Below, one piece after another: positions 26,570 through 40,589 of a stretch of DNA of 64,000 nucleotides; position 1 is the first letter of the stretch, and each line of letters opens with the position of its first letter. The notes under the pieces are model-generated. The model was not told the DNA's origin. It did not search any database and worked only from the letters and a program-made list of their open reading frames with translations. The position numbers were made by a program, and so were the translations under genes. This DNA comes from Lama glama (Eukaryota), in assembly GCA_028534125.1 (NCBI GenBank), contig CM052820.1, forward strand, positions 69,688,001 through 69,752,000. The letters run 5' to 3'.

Positions 26570-29100
26570 GACAGCCATATGTCTCTGTTGGGAGACTATG
26601 TTGTGGCTGAGTTGTGAACATAAAATGCCGAATAAAGTCTTTGTCCTCTTGGAGGTTATAGTCTACTTAGTAAACAGATCTTAGACTTATCATTGTGTGT
26701 GTGTATGTTATATGCAATTAAATAAAGGAGGATAGTATTAAAAATACAGAATGTCATGAGATTATATCAGGCCGACTTAATTGATATTGGAAGACCAGGA
26801 AAAGTCTTTCGCAGAAACTGACATTTAAATTTAAAACTAAAGCCAAGATTGGAATAACATGGTAGAAATTACATTTCAGACTTGGAGACAGGATATGTGA
26901 AATAGAGAAAGGAAGAAAATTTGTAGATCGTTTAAGGAACTAGAAGATGGCCAAGATACTAGAATTTTATACAGAGATACTGCTAGATGGCCAAGGTGTT
27001 AGAAGTAGGGATGTATATTGCTAGATGGAGCTGGAGAGAGAGGTACAGACCTGATCATGTGACCATTGGGGGCAATGTTAAGAATATCAGGTTTTATTCT
27101 GATTGTTATCAGCAGCTATAGGAGTGTTTCATAAATACATACTCCATTTTTCTTTTAATAAGATCTGACTACTATGAGGAGAATGATTTAAAGGAGCAAG
27201 AAACAGAGATGAGGTATGTCCCCAGGCAAGAGATGATGGTGAATTGATTTAGGAAAGAGGAGCAGAGGATTAGAGGTATACTTTGAAGATAGAACTGGCA
27301 GGATATGGTGATGAATTAGATGTAGAGGATAAGGTAGAAAGTATAAAGGACGATTGTCTGGTTTCTGGAATAAGCCGTTGGGAAGAAAGAGGCACTATTT
27401 GCCAAAGCGGAGAATAATGAAGGAATAAATCTGGTAAGAATGAGCAAGAATGTTATACTAGATGTGTTAAATTTGAGGTCCCTAAAAGAATTTAAACACA
27501 AGTATCAAAAAAGTCAAGTGTATTTATGAGTTAGAAACTCAGAAGATAGGTTAGGATATAAGAAAGTTATTATAATACTGATGAAAGTCATAGAAACTTT
27601 GAAGATTTTCTGTGAGAGAATTTAGAGATTCCCAGACTGAACCTGGGAAACTTCAGTACTAGAACCCTGGACCTGATACAGAAAGAGGAGGTGGGAAAAT
27701 GCAACTGAGAAAAAGCAGTAGGATGAAAACCAAGAGAGTGCTAAGAGAAAGAAAAGTCAAAAGGGAGGAAAGGATTAACTTGGTCTGATGCTACAGAGAG
27801 GACAATAAAATGAGGACTGAGAAAGGTTGAGCCACATGAAAATAATTGGCAACTTCTGTAAGTTAAGAAAAATGGAATGGTGAAGGTGGACGATATGTCA
27901 GTGTGGAATGAAGAGTGATGGAGGGAGAAAATGAAGTCAGCGTGTGTGAATAATTCTTTGGAGAAGGTTGGATGTGAATAAAGCATGGAGAGAAAGGGCT
28001 ATAGATGGAGAGTGGTTTAAGATTGAAAAAAAAGTTTTAATTGTTTTAAGATGATAGATAGTAGAGCAAGTTTCTATGTTGAAGGTGAGAACTACATTCT
28101 ACTAAATGTAAAAAAAAAATGGGCAAGTTAAAATGCAGAAGAAAGAGGAAATTGCTGGAGACAAGTTTCAGAGATAGGAGTTTATGTATTGGCCTAAATG
28201 GATGAGAGGATGCTTTCTTCTGTATTTTAAGAGGAGAGGGAGGAAAACATTGATGTAGATGCTGGTAGATTTTAGCTGGGGCTGTGAGAAAACAGTAAGA
28301 AGCAAGATCATCCTCTAAGGGTGAAGTGGGGTGAATTAGCTGGAGAGAATAAATGAGAAAGAGAAGTTGAAGATTGGCTAATGGAGACACTTCATACGGA
28401 TGAGGTCTCAGTGAAGTCAAAGAGCTGCTGTTGTTGAGAGTACCTGAGCAAGAAAGACAGTGAACATGCAATCAGAGGGAAAAACAAGATGCTCTTTGTT
28501 TGTGTGTTGAAGGGGGAAGATATCCCTTTTTGTGAAGTCATTTTTTCTGGTAATGACAAACAGCCTACTGTTCATCACCATGGGAATTTGTGGTTGAAGT
28601 GTACTGGAAGTTGTAGGCAGAGAGGAGGTCAAGGAAACAAGGAAAGTTGTGGATCCATTATCTTGTAGCTGTCGGAATTACTAACTTCTCTGGTTTGGTG
28701 TGGTCAGTAAGACAGAACCCTAGGTGCCAAATTTTTTTTTAAATGAGATATAAGCATCAGAGAGTCAGAAGATGATTCTTCGAGGATGGATGCTGTTAAC
28801 GATACAGCCTATTTGTGAGACCCTCAAAAAGCAGGAGACAGATAAGAGGAGAGTAATATTCTGGAATATTCTGTGATTCTTATTGGAGAAGGCATTGATT
28901 TTACATCTACCCCTTAGGTTTTCTTAGGAGCCCACATTTTCAGTGACTGCTGGGAAAGAATGATCTCAAGAGATGCTGAGTTTCACAAAGTTTCAGTAAA
29001 GGCAAAAAGGGGGAAGGGACATTCAACGTGTAGTCTTAGGATACTGGGGAGTTCGTGGTCGTAGAGTAGGTGTTTCAGAGGACAGATCAGAAGAGCGTTC
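26570..29100 (-). mobile_element. Long decayed L2 element
   Basis: Purine-rich + strand with L2 antisense motifs (caggcaagagatgatggtgaattg, gaagatagaactggcaggatatggtgatgaattagatgtag, gagctgctgttgttgagagtacctgagcaagaaagacagtgaac). Confidence 0.75.
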
Positions 29101-32100
29101 GTAGGAAGAGAGGAGGCTGTGTCAATGGACTGATGTCAGACTTCCCTGTACTTTGAGCAAGACCTGTGTAAACAAGGGTGAAAACATTGATTTTGTCTTA
29201 AAGATGGCTTTATAAGGTTTCAGTTACTACCTGAGAATAAGGTCTGCCTGGTAGTTGAAATGTTAGGCTAAGTGTATCATTATCTTTTCAGTGATTAGAT
29301 TTCGTAGTTGCAATTTTAGTGTAGCCACGAATGAGTGAAGGTAAACCAAGTGGTTCTTTCCTCAGAAAACTGGGGAAGTCAGAAGCCATGATGGCTCTTA
29401 AGCAAATCAGGCTGGACTAGCTTTTTTCTTGCTGATAGGGCCAAGGCAAAGACAATCCAGGGAAAGTGGATTAGGTATTTTTTCTCATTGTGTCTCAATT
29501 GTGTTGAAAATTGAATAAATACCTATGTAACAAAGATAAAAAGAGTAATAGAAATGTGCAAATCTTTCTGTTTCTCCACTTTTTATTACTCCCTTTTTAC
29601 AATGTCAGGTTTATTACTGTCTGAGTTAACTCCTGGCTCTCAGAATATGGAAAATGAAAAACAAATGGAAAGAATAGCCTAAGGGACAAATTTGCTTAAA
29701 ATAATAAAAAGATGAGTTAGAGGCTGTGTCGGAGTAAGATGAGGATTGAGAGAGGCTGTATTTTAATTTGTGAGAGAGTTTAGCCAGCCTGGATTCGGGA
29801 AGGACATTTGGAAATCCATGGCTTGAGTAATATATTGAGTTTTTAAAAAATAAGAAAGATGGTTTAAAAAAATGTGTTGTCCATTATTAATATCCTTCTT
29901 CTCTGTGTTTTCATGGGAGGTTGCCAGGAAGATTTTAGATGCTTTATTTTTATATAATATATATTTATATATTTATGCCAATATGAGGTCATATAAAGGT
30001 TACCCGTGAACATTATAAAATGATTGCTTTAGTCTGAGTTAACATTTCAATATATAATATTTCCTAAAGCAGTATGAATTTTGATTGTTCAAAATCTTCA
30101 GCATAAGAATTATCTGAATCTTAAAATAGAACATTAAACAATACAGTATTTGACTCATGGCATGTTAGCTTCCAAGTAGAGAAACCTGCTGAAGCCATTT
30201 GAAGCTCAGATGCAGAGAGTTCTCAGGGAGGATATGGAACCCCCCCTCCCCAAGTGTTTACATAACTAAGGACGGGAAGTAGAGATGGACTCCTGGGGCC
30301 TAGAGCGTCACTTGCCGGAGGAATACATGGCTCCCTCCATCCCATCTCTCGGCCTCGTGGCTCCCCCATGTCTGCACATGTGCTCTGGTATTCGTCCCCT
30401 CTCACCCGCCAGCATCCCCCTGCACACCACCCATGTTAGCACAGCTGCCCATCGGATGAGCTCCACACTTTTTGGTTTAGATAATTGAGAGAAAGGGTCT
30501 GAGAGATTCAGCTCAGCCTATGGTTTGGCTTCACTTGCCTCCTGTGTTCTCCCTGGGCCTAATTATCTGTAAACAGCAGAGGGGTAATATTGACACATAC
30601 AGCTGCCCCTCTCAGGAATGCTCAGTGGGTGGGGCAGGTTTAGGTGAATACGGATGGTGAATGAGTAAGCTGAATTAACTGACATATCTAATGCATTAAC
30701 ACTTTTAGTGGGAATGTTTCCAGAAGATAGAGTAGCCAGCTGAAAGCAGGAGTCTGTATGTCAAGTTTAATTTCTGTGTGTTTATGTATAAACTGAAAAC
30801 CAAGTTAAAGAGAGATTTTTCAAACAATGAAAGCAAAAACCCCAACCAAGTAAAAATCAATAAATAGCTGTCTTGAACAGTCTTGGCTAGACAGAGAAAA
30901 TTGTTTATCATCCACATGCCTTGAGTAGCAGGAGCTGATAGAAATTAAATTTAAACCTCTTACTCCAAAGATTCATTACTCTTTAATATTTACAATTGCA
31001 CTTTAGAATTACAATGCTAAATACTTAATATTTCTACTTTAATTCTGAGTATATTTGAATTGCTCTACATAAAATGTGAAAAATCATTTTCTTGTTCAAT
31101 TTTTGTATATACAATGGAAGAAAAATTACTACTATTGATGCTGTTTGGATAACACAGTTATTTTTCAAGCAAGATTGAAAAATGAAGTCCTTAATGTAAT
31201 CCTTGCTAAGAAAAATGCCTATCAGTTTCCTGAAATGTAAAAAGATACGAAATTCTCTACATTAACATGTGATTAATAAACATGGAAGGTTTGCTATTTG
31301 CTACGCCCTAATCAGAACAATGATTTTTTTTTAATCTTGCACTATATGGACCTCTAATTTTATGTCTCATTCCCCTCTCTATTCCATAACAAAAATCTTG
31401 TTGTGTAACCTTATTTGGAAACAGTTAAAATGAGTGATACATAATTTTATTGTGTGAACTCTGAAAAATTTTAAATTCCACCATTAAGCCATCACCAAAA
31501 TGTTGAGGTAAGAATGTTGACACAAAGCCAAAGTTGACCATGCAGTTGAAGGAGGCGGATAGGACTCTGATATGCTTAAATTCCCCTTTGTCCTTTTGGG
31601 CAAAGTACGAAAAGCATGGAAACATTTAAAATGAATATCACTGGGAAAAGTCTTATTTTTATCAGCTAACAGAGCAATAATTCACGTTTTAAGACATCAG
31701 GATGTATAACAATTGCTTTGCTTTAAAGCATCAGGATGATTGGGGCCAGAACTCTGTAAGCACCGTGCTCTATCATTGTCGGTGAGTGAGTGCTCCCTTT
31801 GTGACTTTTGATTTATGGCAGGCAAGTTTTCCGGCAGTACTCAAAGTTTCTTACTCTCTTCAACTGTATAAAACTTACATATCTGTAGTAAAACAGGGCT
31901 GCTCATATAACCAACACAGATGCCAGGTAAAATCAGGTTCCCATACTAGATGAGATAAGGAAACCAAAATGGTCAGTCCCCACTTACAAGAGCTGCTAAA
32001 TTACAATGAATGAACTAGATAAATAATTACTAGTTTGAAAGTTGACTAGTTAAACATAACTTAGTGACAGTAGTTGGAATATTGTCTTATTTTAATTTTA

Positions 32101-32634
32101 ATTTTTGTGGTAGTGGAAGTTTAATTGAATGGCATTTGAAAAATAAGTGAAGAACAAGAGAATATCCATCTCAATTTAATTTCTTCTTTATTCTGGAGAA
32201 TAAAAAATAATTGATAGTGCAGGAAAGAGAAGGGAAAGGAGAAATGTCAATATTGCAATCCTGAGGAAAGGGGATGTCGGACAGACTTGGGAACGGGCTC
32301 CGCCATCCACCACGCATCTGACTCGCAGGGCGCCACACTGGAGCTGTGCTGCAGTAGAAGGAGCAGAAGATCCTTGGTTCCTCATGGGAGATGATGCTGA
32401 AGGGGGATATTAAGAAAGTTAAGTGTTCAAAGAACACTGAATAAGAAGGAGTAAATAAGATTTCAAACCACCATCTGTGCCTCTTTTTAGGGTATTTCTC
32501 GGGTAGAGCATAGGGTGGTTCATGGTTTCAAAGTAGGGTGGAAACAAAGTACAAAACTGTTGCCTTTCAATTTAAAAGGCATACTATAAATTTAATTATG
32601 AGAGAAATCAGGCAAACTCAAAATAGGGTTATTC

Positions 32635-32985
32635 TTTTTGTTGTTGTTATTGAAGTACAGTCAGTTACAGTGTGTCAATTTGTGGTGTACAGCACAATGT
32701 CCCAGTCATGCGTATACATACATGTATTTGTCTTCATGCTCTTTTTCATTATAGATTACTGTAAGATACTGAATATAGTTCCAAGTGCTATGCGAAGAAG
32801 TGTTTTTTAATCTATTTTTATATATAGTAGCTAATATTTGCAAATCTCGAACTCCCAAATTTAGCCCTTCCACTCCCTTTCCCCTGGTAACCGTAAAATT
32901 GTTTACTATGTCTGCAAGTCTGTTTTGTAGATGAGTTCATTAGTGTCTTTCGTTCTTTCTTTCTTTCTTTCGTTCTTTCTTTCGT

Positions 32986-33021
<36 letters not shown>

Positions 33022-33060
33022 TTGTTTAGATTCCATATATGAGTGGTATCATATGGTATT
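32635..33060 (-). mobile_element. 5'-truncated L1 3' end, camelid-type
   Basis: T-rich tail, then ttgaagtacagtcagttacagtgtgtcaatt...aatgtcccagtcatg...ttcccctggtaacc...ttagattccatatatgagtggtatcatatggtatt; matches my recollection of the alpaca/camel L1 3' UTR. Confidence 0.8.
32947..33023. repeat. (TTTC)n microsatellite with GTTC interruptions, inside the L1
   Basis: Read directly; about 19 tetramer units, 3 of them variant. Confidence 0.95.
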
Positions 33061-35505
33061 AAAACAACTCATTTAAGATTAAAGGAGTCTGGAGAGAAAG
33101 GACAGTTAAATGCAATATATGATATTGGATTGGATTCTAAATTAGAGAAAAAAAAGAATTTTTTATACATGGGACAGTATTGGTCAAAAGGCAAAATTTG
33201 AATAAAAGCTGTGTATCGTATCAGTTTTAGAAGTATTACTTTTGACAGGTATACTATGGTTATGCAAAGGAATGTCCTCATACTTAGGAGATGCAGGCTG
33301 AAATTTTAGGTGAAGAGGGTCAAGTCTGCAGTTTCTTGTCAGATGGTTCAGACAGTGTTAGAACCAGTCAGAGGAACAAAAGATCAACTGGTGAGTATAG
33401 GTGAACGGTATAGACATTTCTACAATTCTTACAGCTTTGCTGTTTGAACTTATTTCAAAATAATGAGTTAAAAAGAAAAGGCATGACAAACATTCATGTT
33501 TTGGTTCTGACAGTAGCTAACCATGTGGACTTTGAGCCTATTTCATCTGTAAAATAGAAATACTTCTCTCTCACAGGTCATTATTAGGATCCATGAGACA
33601 GTGAAGTTCATAGAGGGCTATTGACTCGTTCTAAAATTTGGACAAATATTTTATAGGAAAGAACAGAGTGATTTTTCAACCCAGCTACACTTACATCACA
33701 AATGAAATTTAGTTAGGTTTTAGATAATTAAAAGGTCAGCTTTTGTTTATCAATCCTTATAACAACCATACCTGAATTAAAGAATGCTCTGGGAATGAAG
33801 CTTTTGTCTGTAACAGTAGTAGATACTTTTAAACTAAAATTAAACAGTGCTGAAAGAAGTGAAGAAACATCTACTTAATCATGTGACCATGAGCATTTAT
33901 TGTGTGCAGATTTATGGCCTTAGTGCTATTATCCTGGAGAATTCTTCCATTTCTTGCATTTCAATTATAAGTGAATACAGCTCGCCATAGGCAGTATTCT
34001 GAAGTCTGAGGAAGTTCAATTTAGTGTAAAGATCATCTTTTATGTCTCCATTGGGCATTAGTTATTCTGCTGTATGCTGGGGGTACAATGGTAAATTCTT
34101 TACTGTTTCTTTTAGCTCAGTGTGATTTCGCACACCCAAAGTCCTCCTGTTCTTTTGATTTTACACTTCCATTAAAACAGCAAAAATTTGATGAATCATA
34201 TACTTGTTTCATACTTTGGCTTAAGCTTATTCAGAGAGTTACTTCAACCAGTTATATTATGACTCAGAATGAATGTGAGAATCATTTGAATCATTCTTGT
34301 AATAATAGGTCAGTATTACTGAAAATCTTCTTGGAAAAATTATCTTTTCTTGACTTCCTTCATTATTATCTGGTTTACTCTTCCGCCATACCTAAACTTC
34401 TCAAACGGAAGTACCAAAAATTTCTAGTATTTTAACAAATGCCAAATTCAGTGACATCTTCCTAATCTATCTATATATATTTTTTTTTTAATTATTTTGT
34501 GAAGTGATTGACCCAGACAGCCACTCCAATCCTTTAGTATGAAACTTTTCTTCCTTAGGCTTCTTTGGGAGTCTGTTCTCTCTTTTGACCACTATCTCTG
34601 ATCTTACTTGGCCGTCTTTTCCCAACAGTACACCTCTAAGAGTCTTGTCTTGGCAATCTCCTTTTTTTCCTTTTTGTACCACATCTGAAGATCTCTAGAT
34701 GACTTCATAGAAGTTCCCATCTCCAGACTCACCTTCCCTCTTCAACACCACATAGTTTCAATCACCTACCTCCTGTCACTGTCTTGACATGGTCTATACA
34801 TGACGCACTGTACGTAGTGTGCCAGAGCCTCCGACTCTGTCCCAAAGCCAGGACACCAGCAGCTGTTCAGTGCTGTGAAGTGGACCAGTCGGAAAAGGAA
34901 ACTGCATAAGGACAGGCATTTTGGTGTGAAGTGAGGGAGAGAGTTTCTTATGACAGAAATAGTGGGCAGTGTTCTACAGTAGGGAGGACGGAAACTGGGT
35001 AAATCTCACTTAACTTGAGATGACTAACGAACTAGTTGGTTAACAAGTGAGGAAAGAGGAGATAAAAGATGGAAGCAGGAAGAGATAGTGATAGGAAAGA
35101 GAGAGAGAACAAAAAAGAGAGAAAACTCATGAGCTAGCGCAGAGTAGAAGTTTGAGCATTTAGCATGACAATAAAACATAGCACCATATGCCCTTTTATT
35201 TATTCTTCACTAGACTAGAAAGCTCTTCACCTGAATGGAATGTCACTTGAAAAATAATTTTTAATTTATGGTGATAAATTGATCTTTCAGGAATACTGGG
35301 GGAAATCTATACTCATAATAAAACCTGGCTTGCACTGTCACAGACTGGTATATGTTAATGCTTAAAAATTAGTCAAAGCTTCCCCCAGAAGAAAGAGCTA
35401 AATTAAAGTTTAAATCATACTCTTTAGCTTGAAAGATACCCCATATTGTTAGATAATGCAACAATGTTGAGAAAAGTAACTAAAAACTCATTCACCAAAT
35501 TTGTA

Positions 35506-35637
35506 NNNNNNNNNNNNNNNNNNNNNNNNNNNNNNNNNNNNNNNNNNNNNNNNNNNNNNNNNNNNNNNNNNNNNNNNNNNNNNNNNNNNNNNNNNNNNNN
35601 NNNNNNNNNNNNNNNNNNNNNNNNNNNNNNNNNNNNN
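35506..35637. other. Assembly gap (132 N)
   Basis: Run of n characters in the sequence. Confidence 1.
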
Positions 35638-36461
35638 ATAATCTTGTTAAAATATTGTCAGGTTAATTGAAATTGATTTGTGTTTACTAAACATAGTGAA
35701 GACTAATCAAATATTCGACACTGAATGGTTGGAGGTATTTAAACCTTTGACAGACACTGTTAGTGCTTCAGAGGATTTCTTGTCTCAGAGGTCAACGTTG
35801 CTTTTCAGCCTTTTATTTAAAATCTATAGAGAAAAATGAAAAGAAATGGCCTGCATTTTCTTTCTGAAATTCTGTGATTTGGGGATATTTGGACCTGGTT
35901 TGGGGGGATTATTTATGTTTTATTTCCATTGCTACAAACAGCACAGTTGCTTTTCCATCTGCTTAATTCCATTCCAGGTTTGCTATTCTCTGCCACTCTT
36001 AGCATCACTGAGCTCCACATAAGAGCTTATATAGGAGACAGACATTACCACACCATTTGAAAGCAGGTGGACGATAAAGCCTGAAAGCTCACGTGCCCTG
36101 GCCTGGTGACTTGGCTCACTTACAAAGCTTATTCCAAACGGACTCCACAGGTCTCCTGCGGTGTATGTGTCCCGGCTCTATGAGGCTTAAAGAAACGTTT
36201 CCCCTAATACAAAAATAAACCCACCATCATCATCCGTTTTGGGGAAACTTTACAGTTGTTAGTTAACTTGCTCCCTAATGCCCTGCAATATTCATTAGCA
36301 GACTTCTCTGTTTATGAGTGATATTATATGGAATTGGTTATGGGACGCCAACAGATGTAACCACTGAAATAAATTAGAAGGAAAAGTTCTGCTTTTTTAC
36401 GGATGGTTCTGTTGAATATGCTTTCCCCCATCCACTTTAACATTTACTTTTCTTTCAACAG

Positions 36462-36684
36462 AAAACTTTTCTTTACTGATTATGGGAATGTGGCCAAAGT
36501 GGAGCGATGTAACACGGATGGGACGAACAGAACAAGGATAATCGACTCAAAGACGGAGCAGCCAGCTGCGCTGGCACTAGACCTCGTCAGCAAATTGGTT
36601 TACTGGGTAGACCTTTACTTGGACTGTGTGGAAGTAGTGGACTATCAAGGGAAAAACAGACATACTATCACTCAAGGCAGACAA
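36462..36684 (+). CDS. LRP1B: LRP1B coding exon (approx. exon 8, 223 nt), YWTD beta-propeller repeats
   Basis: Acceptor catttacttttctttcaacag|A and donor CAA|gtaagt. One nt plus 74 codons: [74 protein letters not shown], with FFTD and YWVD motifs. Phase 2 to 0. Confidence 0.96.
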
Positions 36685-39600
36685 GTAAGTACAATTTGGT
36701 TAGAAAGATGCAGCTAAGGTAATTAAATGAATGGCATCCTACTAGGAAGAAGGCTGAACAGTGCAATATTGAAAATGTCTTATGATGTCAGGCTGCAGTG
36801 GGTCATAAAAATTGTGATGTATTTCCTATATGAGAGAATGTTCTTTTCATAGTGTGCTTCATAATACTGGGAGTGTCCTCTCTCCCTTCGTCCCTCTACT
36901 AAAAAAAAAAGCACACAAAAGCAAAACCAATAAAAATACATCAAAAACAACTAACAAAACAAAAAATGCTATCCTAGTAAAAAAAGAAGTATTATAGTAG
37001 GACAGATGTTATGACCTACTTACACAAAATTAATTGAAGTAGTTCATTTGTAAAGAAACCGAGCTGTCATCTGTCCCATGTGGCATTGGAGATACTTTGC
37101 TAACAAAGCAGATGCCTGCTCACAAAAGTATCATTATTATTTTAATAGGTTGGATTAAATTTTGCCTTCGATGTATTCAGGTGTTTCTTAAAATGAGAGC
37201 TTTGTGAAAGTCACCAAGGTCAAAAATTTTCCCATCTGTATAGTTTTTTCCTTGCTAAATTGTTAAGTTTTTGCAAACAGCACTCAAAAAACACCTAAAG
37301 GAGATCTCTAAGTGGAGATAAGCCTTTTTGAATAGTATACTTTTTAAGTTCAATTTTACCTCACTGACAGTGCTCATTCCATGTTATAGTCTCATGTGGA
37401 GCTGAAATATGTAAATCTCTTTGCTTTGTTTTGCAATGCAAGGCACAGATATTCTGTAATTATCTTGTAAAGATACTTTTCCTTTATAAGCAGCTTGTAA
37501 CAGTGAAATGTTTCCCCTCCCTTGGCAGTTACACAAGTGCACTAATCTGGATAGTTTAAAAAAAAACAGGTGTCCAGTATTAGAGGTGGGGCCGCTTATT
37601 TCTCTCTCACCTCTGCTGTCCTAAAAACCTTGATATCTTTGACAGTCTTTGGTTATGACCTTAGAGTGCCTAGTCTGTAAAATGATTATCATGGACCTTC
37701 TTTTTCCACGTACATATATAATTAAAATTTTAAACCTTGAAACAGGGATGAGGAATTCCAATGATCTTCCTCATGACTCCATTCAAAAGATTTTTAATGT
37801 CTGCAGTTTTTAATTATCCTCTTTTATTTCATTTCTGTTGCTTATGTCTTGCTGTTTCCCTGAGCATAATGCTTAGTCTGCCACTAAGTAATCCAACATA
37901 GATAACATTTTTGAAGTGTCTGTCCTGTACGCAGAATGGTCTATCGCCACTCGAAGCTCACCCCACTTCTGTCGGGAGAGTTAGAGCAGGCAACAGTGGA
38001 GGTGCTTTATAATAAGGTATGGTCCATTTCTGAAGGAAAGCAGGGAGGCAGCGAGTGAAACTTGATCATTACTGTGAGAAAATGTTTTCTAACTTCACCA
38101 ATTGCCCTCTCTGATTCTTGCCTTTTCTCCTGGGATGTGGATTGGCAGTTGTATAGAGAGTAATGTGGGTGTGCCACAACCACACACTTCCAGATGGATG
38201 GCCTGAAACTTACAGCAGAACATGCATGAAGTAAATGGCAATTAATGAAATAGTTCAGCTTGCTTGTAATTTTTATAGGAAAAAAGTATTGCCCAAATCA
38301 AAATTGAGTCATAGGTATATTTAGCAAATATGATGTCAGTTCTGTTAAAAAAAAAATTAGTAAGTAACACATGCCACCCCCTCCCCCACCACTTATCAGA
38401 GAGTAACACTAACATAGATATATATTATTGGGAATTTAACAAAGGATGATTCTCCCCATTAATTCCTGTCTTTCATTTCCAGACTACACACGGAGAAATG
38501 AAGTACATCCAAAAACAACATAACAAAAGCCAATCTTCGCTTAGTCAACATCTCATATTAGCGGATCAGAGACAGTAATGAGGAGTCCACGTGCTAGGAG
38601 GCTAAAAAATCAAATTCGTTTGCTTAAATTACAGAACTGGCAAGATTTCCTACATAGAAAAATTTCTGATTTTGTTCTGTTTATTTTTTTACAGTTAAAC
38701 CATACATACCTTCACAAATTCTCTTAATTACAAATCTATACTAAAAGTGCACTTAAAGTGTAATAAAATGCCAAAGATTAGTGACAAATGCTTTCAAAGA
38801 AATCTCTACACTAAATCGATGGACAGATCTACCATGTCCTGGACCAGAACCATTTTAAATTAAGTTCAGTACAAGAAACACCCAAAGGCAACATGCCTAA
38901 CACGTGCCTTTTTACATGAGAAAATCAATATACTCATTCTTCTTCTGCTCTACTGGAAGTTTTCTGTGACCTCACAGTGGCTGTTCCTTCCCATAATCCC
39001 AAGACCCCTGCCGAGGAGGAGGGTTACTGTTAAGGTGTCATGGAAGGCTGCAAACATTGTTATTCTCAAAGCAAATAGTTCCGTGTCATTATGAGTAGGC
39101 TTTTGAAAGAATGCAATTTCTGATTAAAATGCTGATATTTTATTTACAGTTACTCCAAGTATATGATTTTATTTTTTTATTATTTTCCATGTTGGGGCAA
39201 GTATTAGTCTCAATGTCACATGTGTTTAAAAAAAAAACCAGATTTTCAAAGGAGTTTTCTCATCAGTCCTTTCACAGGCAAAGCTATGCTTTTACAGATT
39301 CTATATATCCATGACTATAAGAACAAGTAGCTCACAAAAATATCTCAGATTTTGTGTAACACTATAATAAGCATATTACTATCAAATATGATTGAAAGTT
39401 TGGTTCTTACAAGCCTTTGAAAAGTAGCAACTGAACATGTTTTCTTCAGAGTCTTAAGAAACATAAAAGTTTCTCACATACATTTGGAACTGCTTAACTA
39501 CTTCGTAATGTTTTATTCTCAGAGAAATATGTTAAATTAGTGAAATGTTGAATTATTTGAGATAAAATAAATGGTAATATGCTTGTGACTCTCCAACCAT

Positions 39601-39695
39601 GGGAAGTTTCCACAGTTATAACTAGTAATCATTTTTTCTTTTAAATTGAAAGCATCATAATTAAAAATCATAGTTATTTTTGCCCTTTTTTATAG

Positions 39696-39908
<213 letters not shown>

Positions 39909-40589
39909 TGAATGGAGGTCCGTGTGCCTTTGTTTGGTGTTAGAGTTCATAAATATCTGATTTGGTAGCAAAAGTGTACATGTCTACATGGTAAAATGGA
40001 ATAGCTCCCTTCCCAAGTCTAAATGACAAACTGTTCAGTTCCAGGTGAATCGTTTCTACAACCACAGGGTTGAAATGATGGCTAGATTTAGATGCAGAGA
40101 GGTGCTTTCACTTTTGATGTGTGTACACAGGAAACCCAGAAGCTAAGATGCTAGCGAATTTTTTTTAATCCTTCTGGGAGACAAATTTCCAATCAGGCAA
40201 CTTTCTTACAATATCTCTTCAGGTTTTATTATAGTCACTGGGATCTCTTGACTAAACATCTCAGTCATTTCTGAACACATGTTAATTAAAAAATATTTTT
40301 TAATAAGAAGGCTGTGGTGTTTCTAAGTATTTCTCAAAAACACAAACTAATTGTTTTGCATAGCAGGTTAGTGATGCTTATTCATCAATATAATTTAGGC
40401 TCAGTCATACATAGAATAATGTAACATACACAAATTCACCCAAATGCCCCTCATCTTTTGAAAACTGATTGAGAATTAGCCAACCATTAACACAAATTTA
40501 GACAAGGCAGTGTACTGTCATACATGTGTTTACAGAAATTCGAATTTGGATTTCTGTAGATAACCTGACTCGAGTTTTATGTTAGGATT

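Larger units (their letters stand above)
32580..33475 (+). mobile_element. Old L1MC4-like 3' UTR fragment, interrupted by a younger antisense L1
   Basis: aatttaattatgagagaaatcaggcaaactcaaaatagggttattct (left piece) continues as agattaaaggagtctggagag...ttaaatgcaatatatgatattggattggattc...ggttatgcaaaggaatgtcctcatacttaggagat (right piece). Confidence 0.65.

Noticed and set aside
32270-32360. Small CpG-rich patch with a CTCF-like gggcgccacactgg
   Set aside because: Too short for a CpG island, and the motif needs an insertion to fit the CTCF core.
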